Source: Eledone cirrhosa (Eukaryota). Taken from it: a stretch of DNA of 64,000 bases. Positions 46,501-61,580 of the stretch are shown here, one piece after another (position 1 is the first letter of the stretch; each line of letters opens with the position of its first letter). The DNA lies in assembly GCA_964016885.1 (NCBI GenBank), contig OZ024740.1:330150001-330214000 (forward strand), written 5' to 3'. The translations under genes and the position numbers were made by a program. Under the pieces are notes generated by a model. That model worked only from the letters and a program-made list of their open reading frames with translations, was not told the DNA's origin and did not search any database.

Positions 46501-47156
46501 AATGGTTTTCACGTTCTCACTAAGAAAAATAAGAATATCGAATTTTTCTATGGAATTCTAATGGCAGTCACCTCAGGTAGTTTTATCTAGCTGATACAAT
46601 TTTTGTACTGGAAATTTGAGAACGAAACTAAAACACAATCCTATGTATAATATAAATGGTTAAAGTTAAGAATATTAATTAACGTTAGTCTGGATGAAAA
46701 TATAATTCGCTACGCATAAATTGTTTTATAAGACATAATACCGTGTGATTTATTTCAAAACCATTTTCACATAGAATTTTACATTTTCTTTTATTTCGTT
46801 TGTTGGCACACAATAATATATGCAGTTGGTGTGACATTCCGGCTTTTGGTTTTGAAAATAATACTTATTTTAATTAGAAACTACTCGAAAATATAAAATA
46901 TTAGATATCTAATGAAACGCTAGGGTACATTAACTATTATCATCATTACGACAAAATCAGACAATATGTTCATTAATGTATATACGCATATGTATATACG
47001 CATATATATATATAAGGAGTGAACGATAAGACAGATCAGCTATACAGTACGGTTTACCCCAAGTATTAAAAAAATGTTTCATCGGTCCGTATGCCTAAAA
47101 ACCTTGATCTGTAGTGTTGCTTTGACAATCGATTTTAAGTGCAGCTACCACCAGTT

Positions 47157-47204
<48 letters not shown>

Positions 47205-47256
47205 ACCGGTACTAGCAGTGAAGGTCATCCTATTTAAAACCTCATTTTCCAGATGA

Positions 47257-47882
47257 GTGGGAATAACATTTATTGTATTACACGTGTTACTTTGTATGTG
47301 TTATATATCAGTCTACGGTTGTTAATATTTGACCCATTCAATCTAATTAAATCGAATTCAACTACTTAAAAATCATATGTAGTACCAACAAATTTTCAAA
47401 GTGGAATAAATACTTTTTCACCTATACAGATATATAGAAGGGAAGCACAAATTAAAGGAAAAAGAAAAGAAAGTGATAAAAATAAAAGAAAAAGAAAAAA
47501 GGGTTAAAAATATATAAAAATAAAGAGAAGATGAAACACATGAAAGAATAGAGTAGGATAGATTCATGGAGGATATTATTTTAGATAGAAGGACATACGT
47601 TGAGGAAAAGATAAAAAAAAGCAAGAACAATGAAGATTTAAGAGGGTGAGAATCAGGGGAAAGAAATACAAGAGGGAGACAGGAGTAAGATAGGTGAAGA
47701 TGAATCAATACAGATGAGAGTAGGGAAGGATGAGACCAATATAGTAGAATTAGGAGAATGTTTTTTTAAGTAGTTGGATTAGATTTAATTCAATTGAAGA
47801 AGTGAAATATTAAAGATCCCACACCGATATGTAACATACAAAGAAGCACGTGTCAGTATTATGCAATATATGTTATTCCCAC
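47257..47882. repeat. Old diverged fold-back (arms about 47257-47377 and 47758-47882) around a purine-rich spacer
   Basis: gtgggaataaca / tgttattcccac and caactacttaaaaa / tttttaagtagttg. Confidence 0.75.
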
Positions 47883-49317
47883 ACTGCCATTCTAATATTT
47901 CAGAAATGTTAGTCGTGTTGCCAGTGTATGGATTCGTGTTTTGCGCTGCAATTAATAGTTATAATTAATTACAAAGTAAAGCGTGTTCCGGAAAAATATA
48001 CCGAAGGCAACACTGCTTAGTTTGAAAGTATAATATTTTACTTATCAACATTTCTCAAATATTGCCCACACATTTCATTGAAAGTCTGAGTTTGTAACTG
48101 TTTCTAGTCATACAAAAGTGCATGTTATGAGAGGTCTTATTCAATGTGCTTATATGATTTGCTTTAACTTCTCAAATATAGCGAATGATTGATTTTAAAA
48201 TGCTAACGTGTTTAAAGATAAATAAGACTCATTATCACATTTTGTTACAAAATATTAGTATGATCTTTACCAATCGATAATATTTGAAACACCAAATTAA
48301 CCTATATACGTATATTTACTCAACGTAATAATAATTGCTGGCCTTGTGCCAAAAAGTAAAAACCGTCATAATTATAGATACGACGGAAAACAAATGATGT
48401 ACCGTAAGCATATCGAACTTGATTTGTCATTTGCTCAAATATTTGTTTTTCTTGTATACTTGCATTTATTTCCATCAATATATACATTTTTTAACACAAG
48501 TATTCCTCCAAATAATACAATGACCTGTATATTAGCCACATAAAACTAACCATATAGAACTGTATTTCTAGTAGTTACCTTTCCTACTTATATGTGTTAT
48601 AAAAATGTCATAGCAGAAGACAAGAATATTTCACATATATATGTATAGATTTACGCGATGAATCTTGAGTATAACATATCCATATAGGAGTGAATGATGC
48701 ATATTTTTCTGCTCATTTAGACGCCTTTAAATCTCGCATTTCGCCGTAGTCCTATCAGGCGTTTGCACTTTGAATGTCGCATTCTAAGGCCCGAATCCGA
48801 GATTGGTGTTTTGTGGCAGTTCAGCATTCAGCCATGTATTCCATTCCCCCTCGCTAGGTCATCTCTATTCTACAATGGAAATGCATACACCGATATACGT
48901 CGGGAATAATGTCGTTGAAACTCATTATATGTCCATCCGAATGGTCGAGAGAAACGGGCAATTGAGTATCATGCACAAAGTCTAGACGCTCTGATAATTC
49001 ACACATACATGATCCTTCACAAAGTCTATTTGAATTGCATTATACGAAATACGGTAAAAGGTACATAAGTTTTTTTAAATAAGTAGGTTACAACTAGCCC
49101 CACTGTGCTCAGCCTACCTGAGTGTATCTGTATGTAAATCATCCAAGCAGAGGGCTCTCCAAAGGTACTTTTCGTCCCAAACTTATACACGCGCACGCTA
49201 GCATACACACACGAACATGCACTAAAATGTACACACATACACACTCGCAAACACTGTGGCCACAGTAGTACTATAGGGGTCAATACTCTCTCTCTCTCTC
49301 TCTATCTCTATCTCTGT

Positions 49318-49365
<48 letters not shown>

Positions 49366-50717
49366 AGAGACAGATACGAGAAGGAGAGAGAGAGAGAGAG
49401 AGAATTATTGATTTGTACAGATACAAATAAAAATATTAAAATAAATAAAAGTAAATTTTAGTTGTTAATAGTTGATAGAATAAACGAACCCGGCATCCAC
49501 TGATGTAAAATATTTCAGTAAAAATAGGTAACACCATAAATATTTCAAAGGTTACTATTTGCAGCAGCAGCAGCAGAAGAAGAACAAGAAGAAGAAGAAG
49601 AAGAAGTGTGAGTGTATATGTGTATGTGTGTGCGTTTCTGTGTGTATGTTATATGTATATAGATTCTTCATGATTCTATATAACGCAGTCCTTGAAAATG
49701 GCCTGAAGTTGTTCTGAATATATAATTTATATTTTATAAACTGAGTGCAATATATGTTTACGTATCTAATATATATTTTGTTAAAACTATATTTTCCCTG
49801 TCGTTAAATGTATTACTGTTCCGTTTATCATGGTTTGTTTTCTGCTTATTTTTTTCTATTACAATAGTAAATGTTCGCATTTTAAAAGACCGTTGTGCGT
49901 GGGAGAGTTGGTTCATACGTTGCCTTTACTAAATCATTTTACAAAGAACATAGTATCGATAATATATTACACATTCATAGACCAACACACAAATACACAC
50001 GCACGCACACACACACACACATATATATATATACATGCATATATATATTTTAGGGATTGTTGTGTCTTTTAAGGAAGATTGTTCAAGTTAAATAAAACAT
50101 TTATAAGTCAATATTATTGGATTTTTTAATCTATAAATATTGAAAATTATTAATTAAAAATATGATTTTCACATTCTCGTTTCCATTGTTCGCTTTATTT
50201 CATCTCCTAATGAATCATTTTAAGATATTTTTAATAATGAATAAATCATAATTTAGTGCATTATTTTAGTTTCCTTTGTCGTGTCTAAATATTAATAATC
50301 ATTAGATCAATCGCAACGATCGAAGTGATGTTGAATTCTTCAAGTAATAGCCTATAATCAAAATAATGAGATTTTCTATTAAAACAATTAGTTTGCGTAG
50401 ATTCTGTCTAATGTGTGTCTAACTAATTAAGTACTAAGGTAAACAAACCAGAAACTGAATTAAAGTTCTTTATAATTGTGTTATGCATCATGTATCGATT
50501 GCTTGATTAAACATGTTAATTATATTTTTTGGTGTTCAAACACATGAAAAACCCTTTCATTTTCAGAATGGTTTTCATATACCCTTACAATACTATAACC
50601 TACAGAGCAGACAATGTATTATTCTGTTTCTGCCTTCATCAGTTATATACTTGTGGCCTCCTTGCCTGATTTTACTTTGAATTCTGTATATTAGAAGGTT
50701 AGTTTTGACCTAGTTTA

Positions 50718-50983
50718 TCTAAAACTCCATAGGTTACGATTATATATTTCTTTCCAAAAAATATTAAGTTACATATATATATAAGATCCCGTTAAGGGTG
50801 AAAGCAGCGATTATTTGCTTTAAATTATATATATACGTATATATATGTATATATATACGTATATATATACGTATATATATATATATATACGTATATATAT
50901 ACGTATATATATACATATATATATACATATATATGTGTGTATATATATATGTATGTAAATATATATATATATATATAAGTATA

Positions 50984-51017
<34 letters not shown>

Positions 51018-51023
51018 AGTATA

Positions 51024-51055
<32 letters not shown>

Positions 51056-51061
51056 AGTATA

Positions 51062-51144
<83 letters not shown>

Positions 51145-51147
51145 GTA

Positions 51148-51187
<40 letters not shown>

Positions 51188-51189
51188 AG

Positions 51190-51225
<36 letters not shown>

Positions 51226-51267
51226 CATATATATATACATATATATATACATATATATATATATATA

Positions 51268-51345
<78 letters not shown>

Positions 51346-51346
51346 C

Positions 51347-51419
<73 letters not shown>

Positions 51420-51549
51420 TATATAATTACGTATATATATAATTTTAAGCAAAGAATCGCTGCTTTCCCCCTTAACGGGATCTTATATATTTGTGTAACT
51501 TAATATTTCTTGGAAAGAAATATATAATCGTAACCTATGGAGTTTTAGA
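50718..51549. repeat. Inverted arms (50718-50826 and 51441-51549) enclosing a 600-bp (TA)n array; each arm has the 3' part of the 23.1-kb HHR family
   Basis: aaga-tcccgttaagggt-GAAA-gca..tgc-TT in both arms. Confidence 0.85.
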
Positions 51550-51566
51550 AATATATAATCGTAACC

Positions 51567-51613
<47 letters not shown>

Positions 51614-51635
51614 GTGTGTATATATATATATACAC

Positions 51636-54398
51636 AATATATTAATAAATGGAAACTATATTTATAAAACCATATTTAATATATTATACATATTTCAAGG
51701 CCAACCAAGGCAAATTATGGTGCGCTTTCGTCAGATAAAATACAGATTTGTTTTATAAATAAATATTGACATACACGGAAAAAAGACAACCTTGACGGTT
51801 GGAACTTCCTGGATATTGGAGATAGTACATTTATTGAGGGTAATACAAAGTTATGAGTGAGTATGCAAATGGGTGTCTGAAAGGTTAAAAATATAACGGT
51901 TTATTTAAATTAAACTGTTGGAAGAAGATGATATGTAAGGGAGAGAGAAAAAAGAAAAAAATGAAAAAAGAAAAAACAAAGGAGAAAGATAGAAGAGGAA
52001 AGAAAGAACGATTATTCATATTGATAGTGAAAATAGAGTGAATGAAGAAATAAGTTTCAAAGGAGAAATATACACAGCGTAAGTATATCTAGGTGAAAGA
52101 AGAAATAAGATTAACTTGGAAGAATAATATTTATAATGCTGGGTTCATTAAGTTTTGATAACAATGATAGGTTGAACAATTAGATTAAAATTAAAAATTA
52201 AAAATCAAAATTAAAGATTAAAATTTGCCTTAATATTAAAGATTTAATTTAAGAATTTAATATTAATAATTATATTATATTAAGATGTATTAGTAATAAT
52301 ATATTGGTTTAAATGTGTATGTTAAGTATTATAAATTATTTAAATAAATATATAGTATATTACATTAGAGAAAATCTAGTATAGTTTATTTTATTAAAAG
52401 TTGTAAGTAAAAATTTAAACATCCAAATAATTATAAATTTATGTTAAATTTACGAGAGTTTTAAAGATCTCAGATGACTCCAAGGATTAAATGTTATAAA
52501 GTTAAACATTTTTTATCTTAAGATTATAATTAAAACATGAACCATATTATTTTACACGAAGTCATAAATTTACTTGCTATAAAGTTAAACAAATTGGTAA
52601 AACATCTTCAACTTCTCTCTCTAACTTGTTATGGGACTTAAAATTCAAGAATATTAACTATTCTTTACTTTGGAAAATTATCTCCAAAGCTCCTTCGTAC
52701 ACTGCTTTATCCAAAGATTTCTCACTTTGCGTTAAATAAATATTCTTTATACTAAAAAGTAAGAACTCTATTAATTTGAGAAATAATTTATTTTGTTCCT
52801 GTAAACATCGTTTAAACTCAACTTTTAAATATATATATAAAATGTAATATATGATTTATCTCATTTACATAATGTTTTTTATATCTATATATGATTCATA
52901 TATATTTAATTTACTTTCTATTATCTCTACCTTATATATATACTTTATACTTTATATTATTACACCTATCGACAGATTATAATTTTTTTTTATATGACTG
53001 CTTGAAACTCCTTTAAGAAAAATGTTTCTTGAAAAACTTACTGAAGGTTTTAGGAAAAAATCTTTTGAAAGCTCCTTTGAAAAATATAGAAGAACCATTA
53101 TTTTCATATCTTCCAATATTTTTATATCTTCAAACGTTTTTAATATATATATCCAAATGTTTATATATATGTGGAAAAACATATGATTTTTATATATAGT
53201 TTTTTTTATATATATGTGGAATAACTTAAGGTTTATGCTTTAAATATATTCTTAAGATAAATCTTTTTTTTATTTTTTTACTTCATAGCAAGTACATTTA
53301 TGGCTTCGTATAAAATAGCATATGGTTCATGTTTTAATTATAATCTTAAAAATATCACTTCTAAATTCCTTTACACTTCATTACTGTTTTTATAATATAA
53401 TTAAGTGGTTATTCCTTTGTAAACTCTCGTAAATTTAACATAAATTTATAATTATTTGTATGTTTAAATTTTTACTTACAACTTTTAGTAAAATAAACTA
53501 TACTAGATTTTCTCTAATGTAAAATACTATATATTTATTTAAATAATTTATAATACTTAATATACACATTTAAACCAATATATTATTACTAATACATCTC
53601 ATTATACTATAATTATTAATATTAAATTATTAAATTAAATCTTTAATATTAAGGCAAATTTTAATCTTTAATTTTGATTTCTAATTTTTAATTTTAATCT
53701 AATTTTTCAACCTATCATTATAAGTATTGTAATCAAAACGTAATGAACCTTGCATTATAAATATTATTCTTCCACGTTAATCTTATTTCTTCTTTCACCT
53801 AGATATACTTACGCTGTGTATATTTCTCCTTTGAAACTTATTTCTTCATTCACTCAATCTTCACTATCAATATGTATAATCGTTCTTTCTTTCCTCTTCT
53901 ATCTTTCTCCATTCTTTTTTCTTTTTTCTTTTTTCTTTTTTTCTTTTTTTCTTTTTTCTTTTTTCTTTTTTCTTTTTTCTTTTTTCTTTTTTCTTTTTTT
54001 CTTTTTTCTTTTTTCTTTTTTCTTTTTTCTTTTTTTCTTTTTTCTTTTTTTCTTTTTTTCTTTTTTCTTTTTTTCTTTTTTTCTTTTTTTCTTTTTTCTT
54101 TTTTCTTTTTTTCTTTTTTCTCTCTCCCTTACATATCATCTTCTTCCAACAGTTTAATTTAAATAAACCGGTTTCTTTTCAACCTTTCGGACACTCATTT
54201 GCATACTCACTCATAACTTTGTATTACCCTCAGTAAATGTACTATCTCCACTATCCAGGAAGCTCCAACCGTTAAGGCTGTCTTTTTTCCGGGTATGTCA
54301 ATAATTATTTATAAAACAAATCTGTATTTTATCTGATGAAAGCGCACCATAGTTCTCCTTGGTTGGCCTTGAAATTCCATTTATTAATATATTGTGTA
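51636..54398 (+). mobile_element. Fold-back PLE remnant with about 1-kb arms and a central EN tail (52592-52847)
   Basis: TSLSNLLWDLKFKNINYSLLWKIISKAPSY...CSCKHRLNSTFK; HHR motifs at 51678-51742 (-) and 54325-54374 (+, truncated). Confidence 0.85.
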
Positions 54399-54510
54399 TT
54401 TACTCCACTAACTTGTTGAGTGCTTTATATCAGTTATAAACATTTAGAAGCTTGTTGAATCCCAACAAATTAAATATAACCTCTGCATATATATATATAT
54501 ATACACGACT

Positions 54511-54541
<31 letters not shown>

Positions 54542-55119
54542 GTATATGTATGTATATAAGCCGTGTATCAGTATGATGCTCCCTAAATAGAAAATTATTT
54601 CGTTATGGAAAAATTAATTCGTTTCGTAAACATGTCATAGTTATCGCAGTAATAGTCGGGAATGCAAGATAACGTTGTTTCAAGATCCATTAGTCCACAA
54701 TCAGTGATATCCACTCAGCTAGATTAGACATTAATGATTTTTGAAACAGCGCTCTCTGGCATACTCTCCTACTACTGAGATATCTGACATATGTCCACAG
54801 AGGAAAAGAGAGGAAAATAGAGTAGGACAACATGTCACAGCATATCACGTCCCCGGGGTTACACATTTGCCACTATTAAAATCAAAGCTTCTAAATTTAA
54901 TGGGAATATATTAGTTAGGGCGCGTTTGCTTAATCAGAAGCCGGCGTATGCCGAAAATAGGATGCTTTGTTGCTAATGCCGACATCTTCCCTTATAGGGG
55001 TACGTACATATTTGAAATGTTTTTCTATACCCAGTATACGGTGAAAGTTCAGATATATATATATATCTCATATATATATATATATATTTATTGAAATAAC
55101 AGATTACATTTATTATTAT

Positions 55120-55178
<59 letters not shown>

Positions 55179-55313
55179 TATAGGAGTTGTATTTAATTTG
55201 TTGAAATTTCGACAAACATAAATGTTTATGACTGATATAGAGGACTCAAACAGCTACTGGAGTAAATATTCCAAGATAATAATAAATGGAAACTATATTT
55301 ATAAAACCATATT

Positions 55314-55379
55314 TATTTCATTATATATATTTCAAGGGCGACCAAGAAAATTCTTGGTGCGCTTTCATCAGATAAAATA
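55314..55379 (-). ncRNA. Intact type I hammerhead ribozyme
   Basis: tattttat-CTGATGA-aagcgcaccaagaa/tt/ttcttggtcgccctt-GAAA-tatata-TA-atgaaata. Confidence 0.85.
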
Positions 55380-56959
55380 CAAAATTTGTTTTATAAATAA
55401 TGACATACCCATGGAGATCACACTTTAACGGTCCGAAGATTCGCTGGATAGTGGAGATTTATTAGGAGTAATACAAAGTTATGTGTGGATATGAAAATGA
55501 ATTTATGAAAAATTGAAAAATCAACCGTTTATTTAAATTACGCTGGGGGAGGATGAAAAGATAGAGAGAGCAAAAAATTACTGTTATGAGATATTTAGAA
55601 AAATAGAGAGAAGAGAGAAATGTAACAGTTGATGAACTCATATAACGTAAATACGTCTTAAATTTGTATTAGAGTTACGTATATTTAGTAATTATTTTGA
55701 TGTTAGAATTCTAATATAATACAATATAATATTAAGTTTTATAGGTAAAAACAAAATATATATATAGTAAAAAATATATAGAAAAAGTAAATATATATAT
55801 ATAAGAATATATATTAAAAATATAATAATATATATTGAAAAATAAATTGAGATTGAATAGATATAAGTAGAAAATAGATAGAAAAATATACATAGAAGAA
55901 AAGATATATGAATAGAGGAATGGATATATGAGTGTATATATGGGTATATTCTGTTATAGATAATTATTTTAATAATTTATTAGGGATACTAGTTTATATT
56001 TATATTTAGTGTAAGTAATTACATTAACTGAGTTAATATGAATATTTATATGATTATAATATTTTAAATATTTTAAATTGGGAAGATAGTGAAAATCCCA
56101 ATTTTGTTTATTTATTAGTTAGTGTGAGACCATTTAGACGAAGATAGAAGTTTTGAAAGATATATTTAGTCAGAATTAGTTATTGGTTATATTAAAAAAT
56201 ATTAAAAAATATTAAAAAATATTTAAAATATTAGAATATTAGAAAATATAAAAAAATATATAATATTAAGACTTCTGGAAAAATTCTGGAAAATATTTGT
56301 GGAAAAGAGTTTTTAAAAAATGTTAAGACTCTCAAAAGATACTAAAAAAAAAACCTTTTTAAAAAATACTTAAACTATTTAAAATGTTTAAAATTATTCT
56401 AAAATACTTAAGATATTTAAAAATATTAAAAAATATTTTAAAATATTTAAAACCTTTAAAAAATATTTAGAAAATACTTAAAAAATACTTTTAAAATACT
56501 TTTAAAATATTAAAAAAATATTTTAAAATATTCTAAAATATTAAAAAAAAAATATTTTAAAACAGAAAATTCCAAAAAAATATTTTAAAAAAATATTTAC
56601 AAAATAATAAAATAAAAAAATAAATATATATATTAAAAAAAACTATTCAAAAGCAATTAACCATTTTTTTTTTAATTTTAAAAAAACTTTAAACAAAATC
56701 ATTTTTTAAGATAATAATTTTTAAGAAATAAGTGATTTTTTAAAAAGTAATTAATTTTTAAATAAATGAGATATTTTGGAAGTAAAAATAAAAAGTGAAA
56801 ATGTTTAGCAGTGAAGAATAAAGCTGTAACAATATTAAGCAGTAAAGGATAAAGATTTAATAAGTAATAAATAAGTAAACATATTAAAATTAAATTAAAA
56901 ATTTATAAAAATTTATAAAAGTTTATGATGATATATGTATATAATATAAAAAAAATTAT

Positions 56960-57868
56960 TAAGAACACTATAATAAATTCTGTACAACAACGTATTTCTC
57001 GAAACTCTGCGAATAAAAACATATTGGACGATAAGGCAGAATATTATAATGAAGCTTTAAGTAGAGTACTCTATACAAATAAAATTGAATACATCGAAAA
57101 CAATGATAAACAATGATAAACCATAATATTAATTATAATTATAATAAAAAACCTAACATAAACTCTAATACTAATAGAAGGAATAGAACTAGAAACATAA
57201 ATTGGTATGCAACTCCATTTTCATTAAGTATTAAAACACCTTTAGCTAAACTATTTTTTAAAGCTCTAGATAAATGCTTTCCCAAAACCCATAGATACCA
57301 TTCAATCTTTAACAGACATACAATAAATCTATCTTACTCTACTACTAGGTACCTAGTACAACATATAAATAGAACCAATAATAGAAATCTAAACCAAAAT
57401 AGCACTAATACCTTTAGCAATATCCAACTTAATAATACTGTTCCGAATAATATCAACTCTGCTAAATGTAATTGTAGAATTAAACCCAACTGTTCTTTAA
57501 CAAATAAATGCTTAGATAAAAATGTCGTCTATAAATGCTCCGTCAAAACTAATGATCATATATTCAACTATATCGGTTCTACTTCTACAGACTTCAAATC
57601 CCGTTTCAATAATATTGGTAAAACATCTTTAACTTAAAATATGATATGGAAGTTAAAATCTAAAATTATAGACTATTCTTTAACTTGGGATGTGATTTCA
57701 AAAACACCAGCCTACAGAAACACAGCTGTATCTAGATTTTGCAAAGTGTGTGTTGAGGAAATGTTCTTCATACTTAAATGTAAGATTTCAATTAATTTAT
57801 GTATGAATTTATTCAGTTCTTGTAAACATCGCCTAAATTCAACATTTAAAAATATATATAAAATATAA
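56960..57868 (+). pseudogene. PLE thumb-linker-EN fragment
   Basis: WYATPFS, FNRHTINLSYST, CNCR...C..KC..NVVY...YIG, CKVC. Confidence 0.88.
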
Positions 57869-59218
57869 TTACACTTATAATGTTTTCTACATATTGTTCG
57901 ATATATTCCAATGCCTATAATTTTCACTTATTAAAATATCTTATATTATATACATATATGATCATAAATCTTTAATTTTAATTTTAATTTTAATATTTAA
58001 ATATTTTTTATATTAAATTTTTTCATATTATATACATATATTATCATACATTTTTATAAATTTTTAAAATTTTTATTTTAACTTTAATTTTAATTTAAAT
58101 ATGTTTACTTATTTTTTACTTGTTAAATCTTTATCCTTTACTGCTTAATATTTTTACATCTTTATTCTCCACTGCTTAAATTTTTCACTTTTTCTTTTTA
58201 CTTGCAAAATGTCTAATTTATTTAAAAATTAATTACTTTTTAAAAAATCACTTATTTCTTAAAAATTATTATCTTAAAAAATTATTTTGTTTAAAATTTA
58301 ATAACATTTTTTTTAATCTTTTTCAATTTTTTTTTTATATTCTTTTTTTGAATATATATATATATTTTTTGAATTTTTTTTTTTATATTTTTTAAAATAT
58401 CTTTTTGGAATTTTTTCTTAAATATTTTTTTGAATATTTTTTTGAATATTTTCAAATATATTTCAATATGTTTAAAGTATTTTTAAAGTATTTTTTAAGT
58501 ATTTTCAAAGTATTTTTTAAGGGTTTTAAATATTTTTTAATATTTTTAAATATTTTAAAATTTCTTAAGTATTTTAGAATAATTATAAACATTTAAAATA
58601 GTTTAAGTATTTTTTTAAAAAGGGTTTTGAATAAAATTTTTTTAAAACCATTTTTCAGAAATTTTTTCCATAATTTTTCCAGAAGTCTTAATATTATATA
58701 TTTTTTAATATTTTCAAATATTTTAATATTTTTTATATTTTTTAATATTTCTTAATATTTTTTAATTTTGTTTAATATAAGCTATAACTAATTCTGGCTA
58801 AATATATCTTTCAAAACTTCTATCTTCGTCAAAATGGTCTCACACTAATTAATAAATAAACAAAATTGGGATTTTCACTATCTTCCCAATTTAAAATATT
58901 TAAAATATTAGAAACATATAAATATTCATATTAATTCAGTTAATTTAATTACTTACACTAAATATAAATATAAACCACTATCCCTAATACATTTTTAAAA
59001 TAATTATCTATAACATAATATACATATATATATCCACTTATATATCCATTCCTCTATTCATATATCTATGCTTCTATCTAGATTTGCTTTGTCGCCCTTG
59101 AAATATATATAATAAAATAAATATGGTTTTATAAATATAGTTTCCATTTATTATTATCTTGGTATGTATATATATATATATATATATATTTATTAAAATA
59201 ACAGATTAAAGTTTAAGC

Positions 59219-60130
59219 CTCGACGTTACCCTCAATTTGTCGAATGGCTTGCACTACCCGTATAGAAAGCCGAATGATACGCTTAATTACATAAGTAAGC
59301 ATTCTAACCATCCTGCCTGCATAACCAAGAATCTGGTAAGAAACGTTTCTTTGAGGCTTTCCCGTCTATCTGCTAACGCGCATATTTTCAACGACCATTC
59401 CACGTCTTACAATGAAGCTCTTGCTCGGAGCGGATTTTTCGATAAGGTAGCATGTACAGAGTACGAGAATAGACCTAGGAAAAATAGACTGTGACGCAGT
59501 ATATGGTATAACCCACCATATAATATGGAGGGGGTGACACCATTAGCTAAGATCTTTCTCTCCCTTATTATGAAGCATTTCTACCCAGCACATAAATATA
59601 GTAACATGTTTAATAGAAATACCATTGTCTTATCCTACGACTCCTAACCTTGCACATAACATCACAGCTTCAAATTAGCTAAACTACCTAGCCGTAGGAA
59701 CACGTGCAACCCTGTAGCTAGCACTAACTGTAATTGTAGGAATCGGGAAATGCCTCTCGAGTAACATTGTCTACAAATGTAAGGTAGAAACACCCACTTC
59801 CCGTAGGGCCTACATAGAGTTAACCGCCAATAGATTCAAGCAGCGTCTTTACATGCATACCCATTCATTTCTTAACCCTTTAAAAAGAATATGACGTCAC
59901 TTTCAGCTCATATCTGGAGTCTAAACGACAGCCACACCCAATATAAGTTACACTGGGAGATCCTGGCTAAGGCTAGATCGTATAACGGAAATAAAATACC
60001 ATGTGACCTCTGCGCCGCTGAGGCCCTGGAAATGCTCTACGCCAAAAAACGCATCTTAAACAAAAATCTGAGGCAATTTCGGCTTGTAAATATAAATTGC
60101 ACAAAACTTACCTGTATTACAGCCCCACAT
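59219..60130 (+). pseudogene. 5'-truncated PLE (RT C-terminus + EN), degenerate; 3' UTR/pLTR extends to about 61312
   Basis: LDVTLNL...YRKPN...SNHP, TSLSAHIW, CDLC; 59189-59218 is an inverted piece of its own pLTR; decayed HHR at 61165-61200. Confidence 0.85.
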
Positions 60131-60818
60131 TATACCCTAACGGATAGTACGAACTATACGCGGATATTTTACGCCTTGATGTGGTGGCTAAGTACATGTT
60201 ATGTTTATACCATTACTTATTTGTATAGGTAAGTATATATTACCTGTAGGTTTTGTGAAGGTACGTATACTTTCTCGTACGTATATTTGCCTGTATATGT
60301 TATGGCGTATATATTATATATTCTGGTACATGCGCATTTGGTTATGTGTATACGCGAGTTTTACGTCTGTGTGAGTATGCGGGTTCGTACGTACGTAGGG
60401 TGTGTGTTTATGTGTACTTTGTTTTTTGGTCGACGTCGTATGCGAACATATGTGTATTTACATGTAGGTATGTGTGTGCGCGCGTTATATACGTATTTAT
60501 TTATTTATATACATTTATTTAATTATTTGTATGCACGCACAACACACAGATATATATATATATTTTTTATATATATATATTATGTGTATTTGGTGTATAC
60601 GTTCGTATGTACGCGGGTACAGGTGTTGCGTGTGTTCTGTATGTTCGTGCGGGATTTTTGGTGTACGTGCCTGTATTTGTATATCTATGGCGAGTGTTTT
60701 CGCGTATACTTGTGTACGTAGGTATATGGATGCGTGTAAGTATTTATTTAATTTCAATTACCTCTGTATTGTATTTACTTAATTTACTCTGAAGCCGTGT
60801 ATCATTCGGTTTTCTAGT

Positions 60819-61087
60819 TAGAATTTAAGTCTACGACTTCATTTACGTGGTTTTGTCTTTGCGCGCAATTGTTTTCACCGCTCCACATAATGACGTATTA
60901 TCTTTGTTATCTCCGTTCCTTGCCAGAGAACGTCTCCATGAACCACCTAATAGAATATTAGTCTACGACTTCATTCATAACATAAAAGTGGTTTTGTCTT
61001 TGCGTGTAATTGTTTTCAACGCTACAAATAATGACGTATTATCTTGGTTTTTTTGCCGTTCTTTGCCAGGGAACGTTTCCAGGAATC
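60819..61087 (+). repeat. Two diverged tandem copies of a 132-bp unit in the PLE 3' UTR
   Basis: tagaat..agtctacgacttcatt at 60819 and 60951. Confidence 0.85.
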
Positions 61088-61310
61088 AAAGTATCGTCTC
61101 CCTGTCTTTCACAAGTTGCAACGTTTTTTTAAATATTTACTTCTGCATGCACTTAGACTATTTTAGTTTCAGAAGATCCCGTTAAGGGTGAAAGCTGCGA
61201 TTTTTAATCTGTTATTTTAATAAATATTTGCTCTACAGTTCTTATACATTTGATATATATTTATCATTATCGAGCCCTCTTTGGATTTTAGTATTCACAT
61301 TTATTATTAT

Positions 61311-61363
<53 letters not shown>

Positions 61364-61369
<6 letters not shown>

Positions 61370-61566
61370 ATAAGAAACGAAGAATCAGTGTTGCGACGAA
61401 TAAAATTTATTAGATATATTACAATCGTTTAACGATTGTAATACATTGTATACGTCGCAACACTGATGGTCCACTTCTTTTGTGATATAATACTCTGCTC
61501 TGTAGGAGCATCGAGTGCTGAAACGACCTACCGCTTAAGGATGCTTTAAGCATCTCACACCAATTA
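61364..61566. repeat. Fold-back fragment of the 36-41 kb element's pLTR end
   Basis: Centre attacaatcgtt-t-aacgattgtaat; right part resembles 41085-41228. Confidence 0.75.
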
Positions 61567-61580
61567 TATATATATATATA

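Larger units (their letters stand above)
55271..59162 (+). mobile_element. Fold-back PLE remnant with 1.2-1.7-kb AT-rich arms
   Basis: 55271-56945 is an inverted copy of about 57950-59162; same family as 51.6-54.4 kb. Confidence 0.85.

Noticed and set aside
48700-49010. Unique GC-richer segment with a 60-aa ORF
   Set aside because: No recognisable motif or splice structure
53750-54162. Poly-Lys and poly-Phe ORFs
   Set aside because: (TTTTC)n simple-repeat expansion within a fold-back arm
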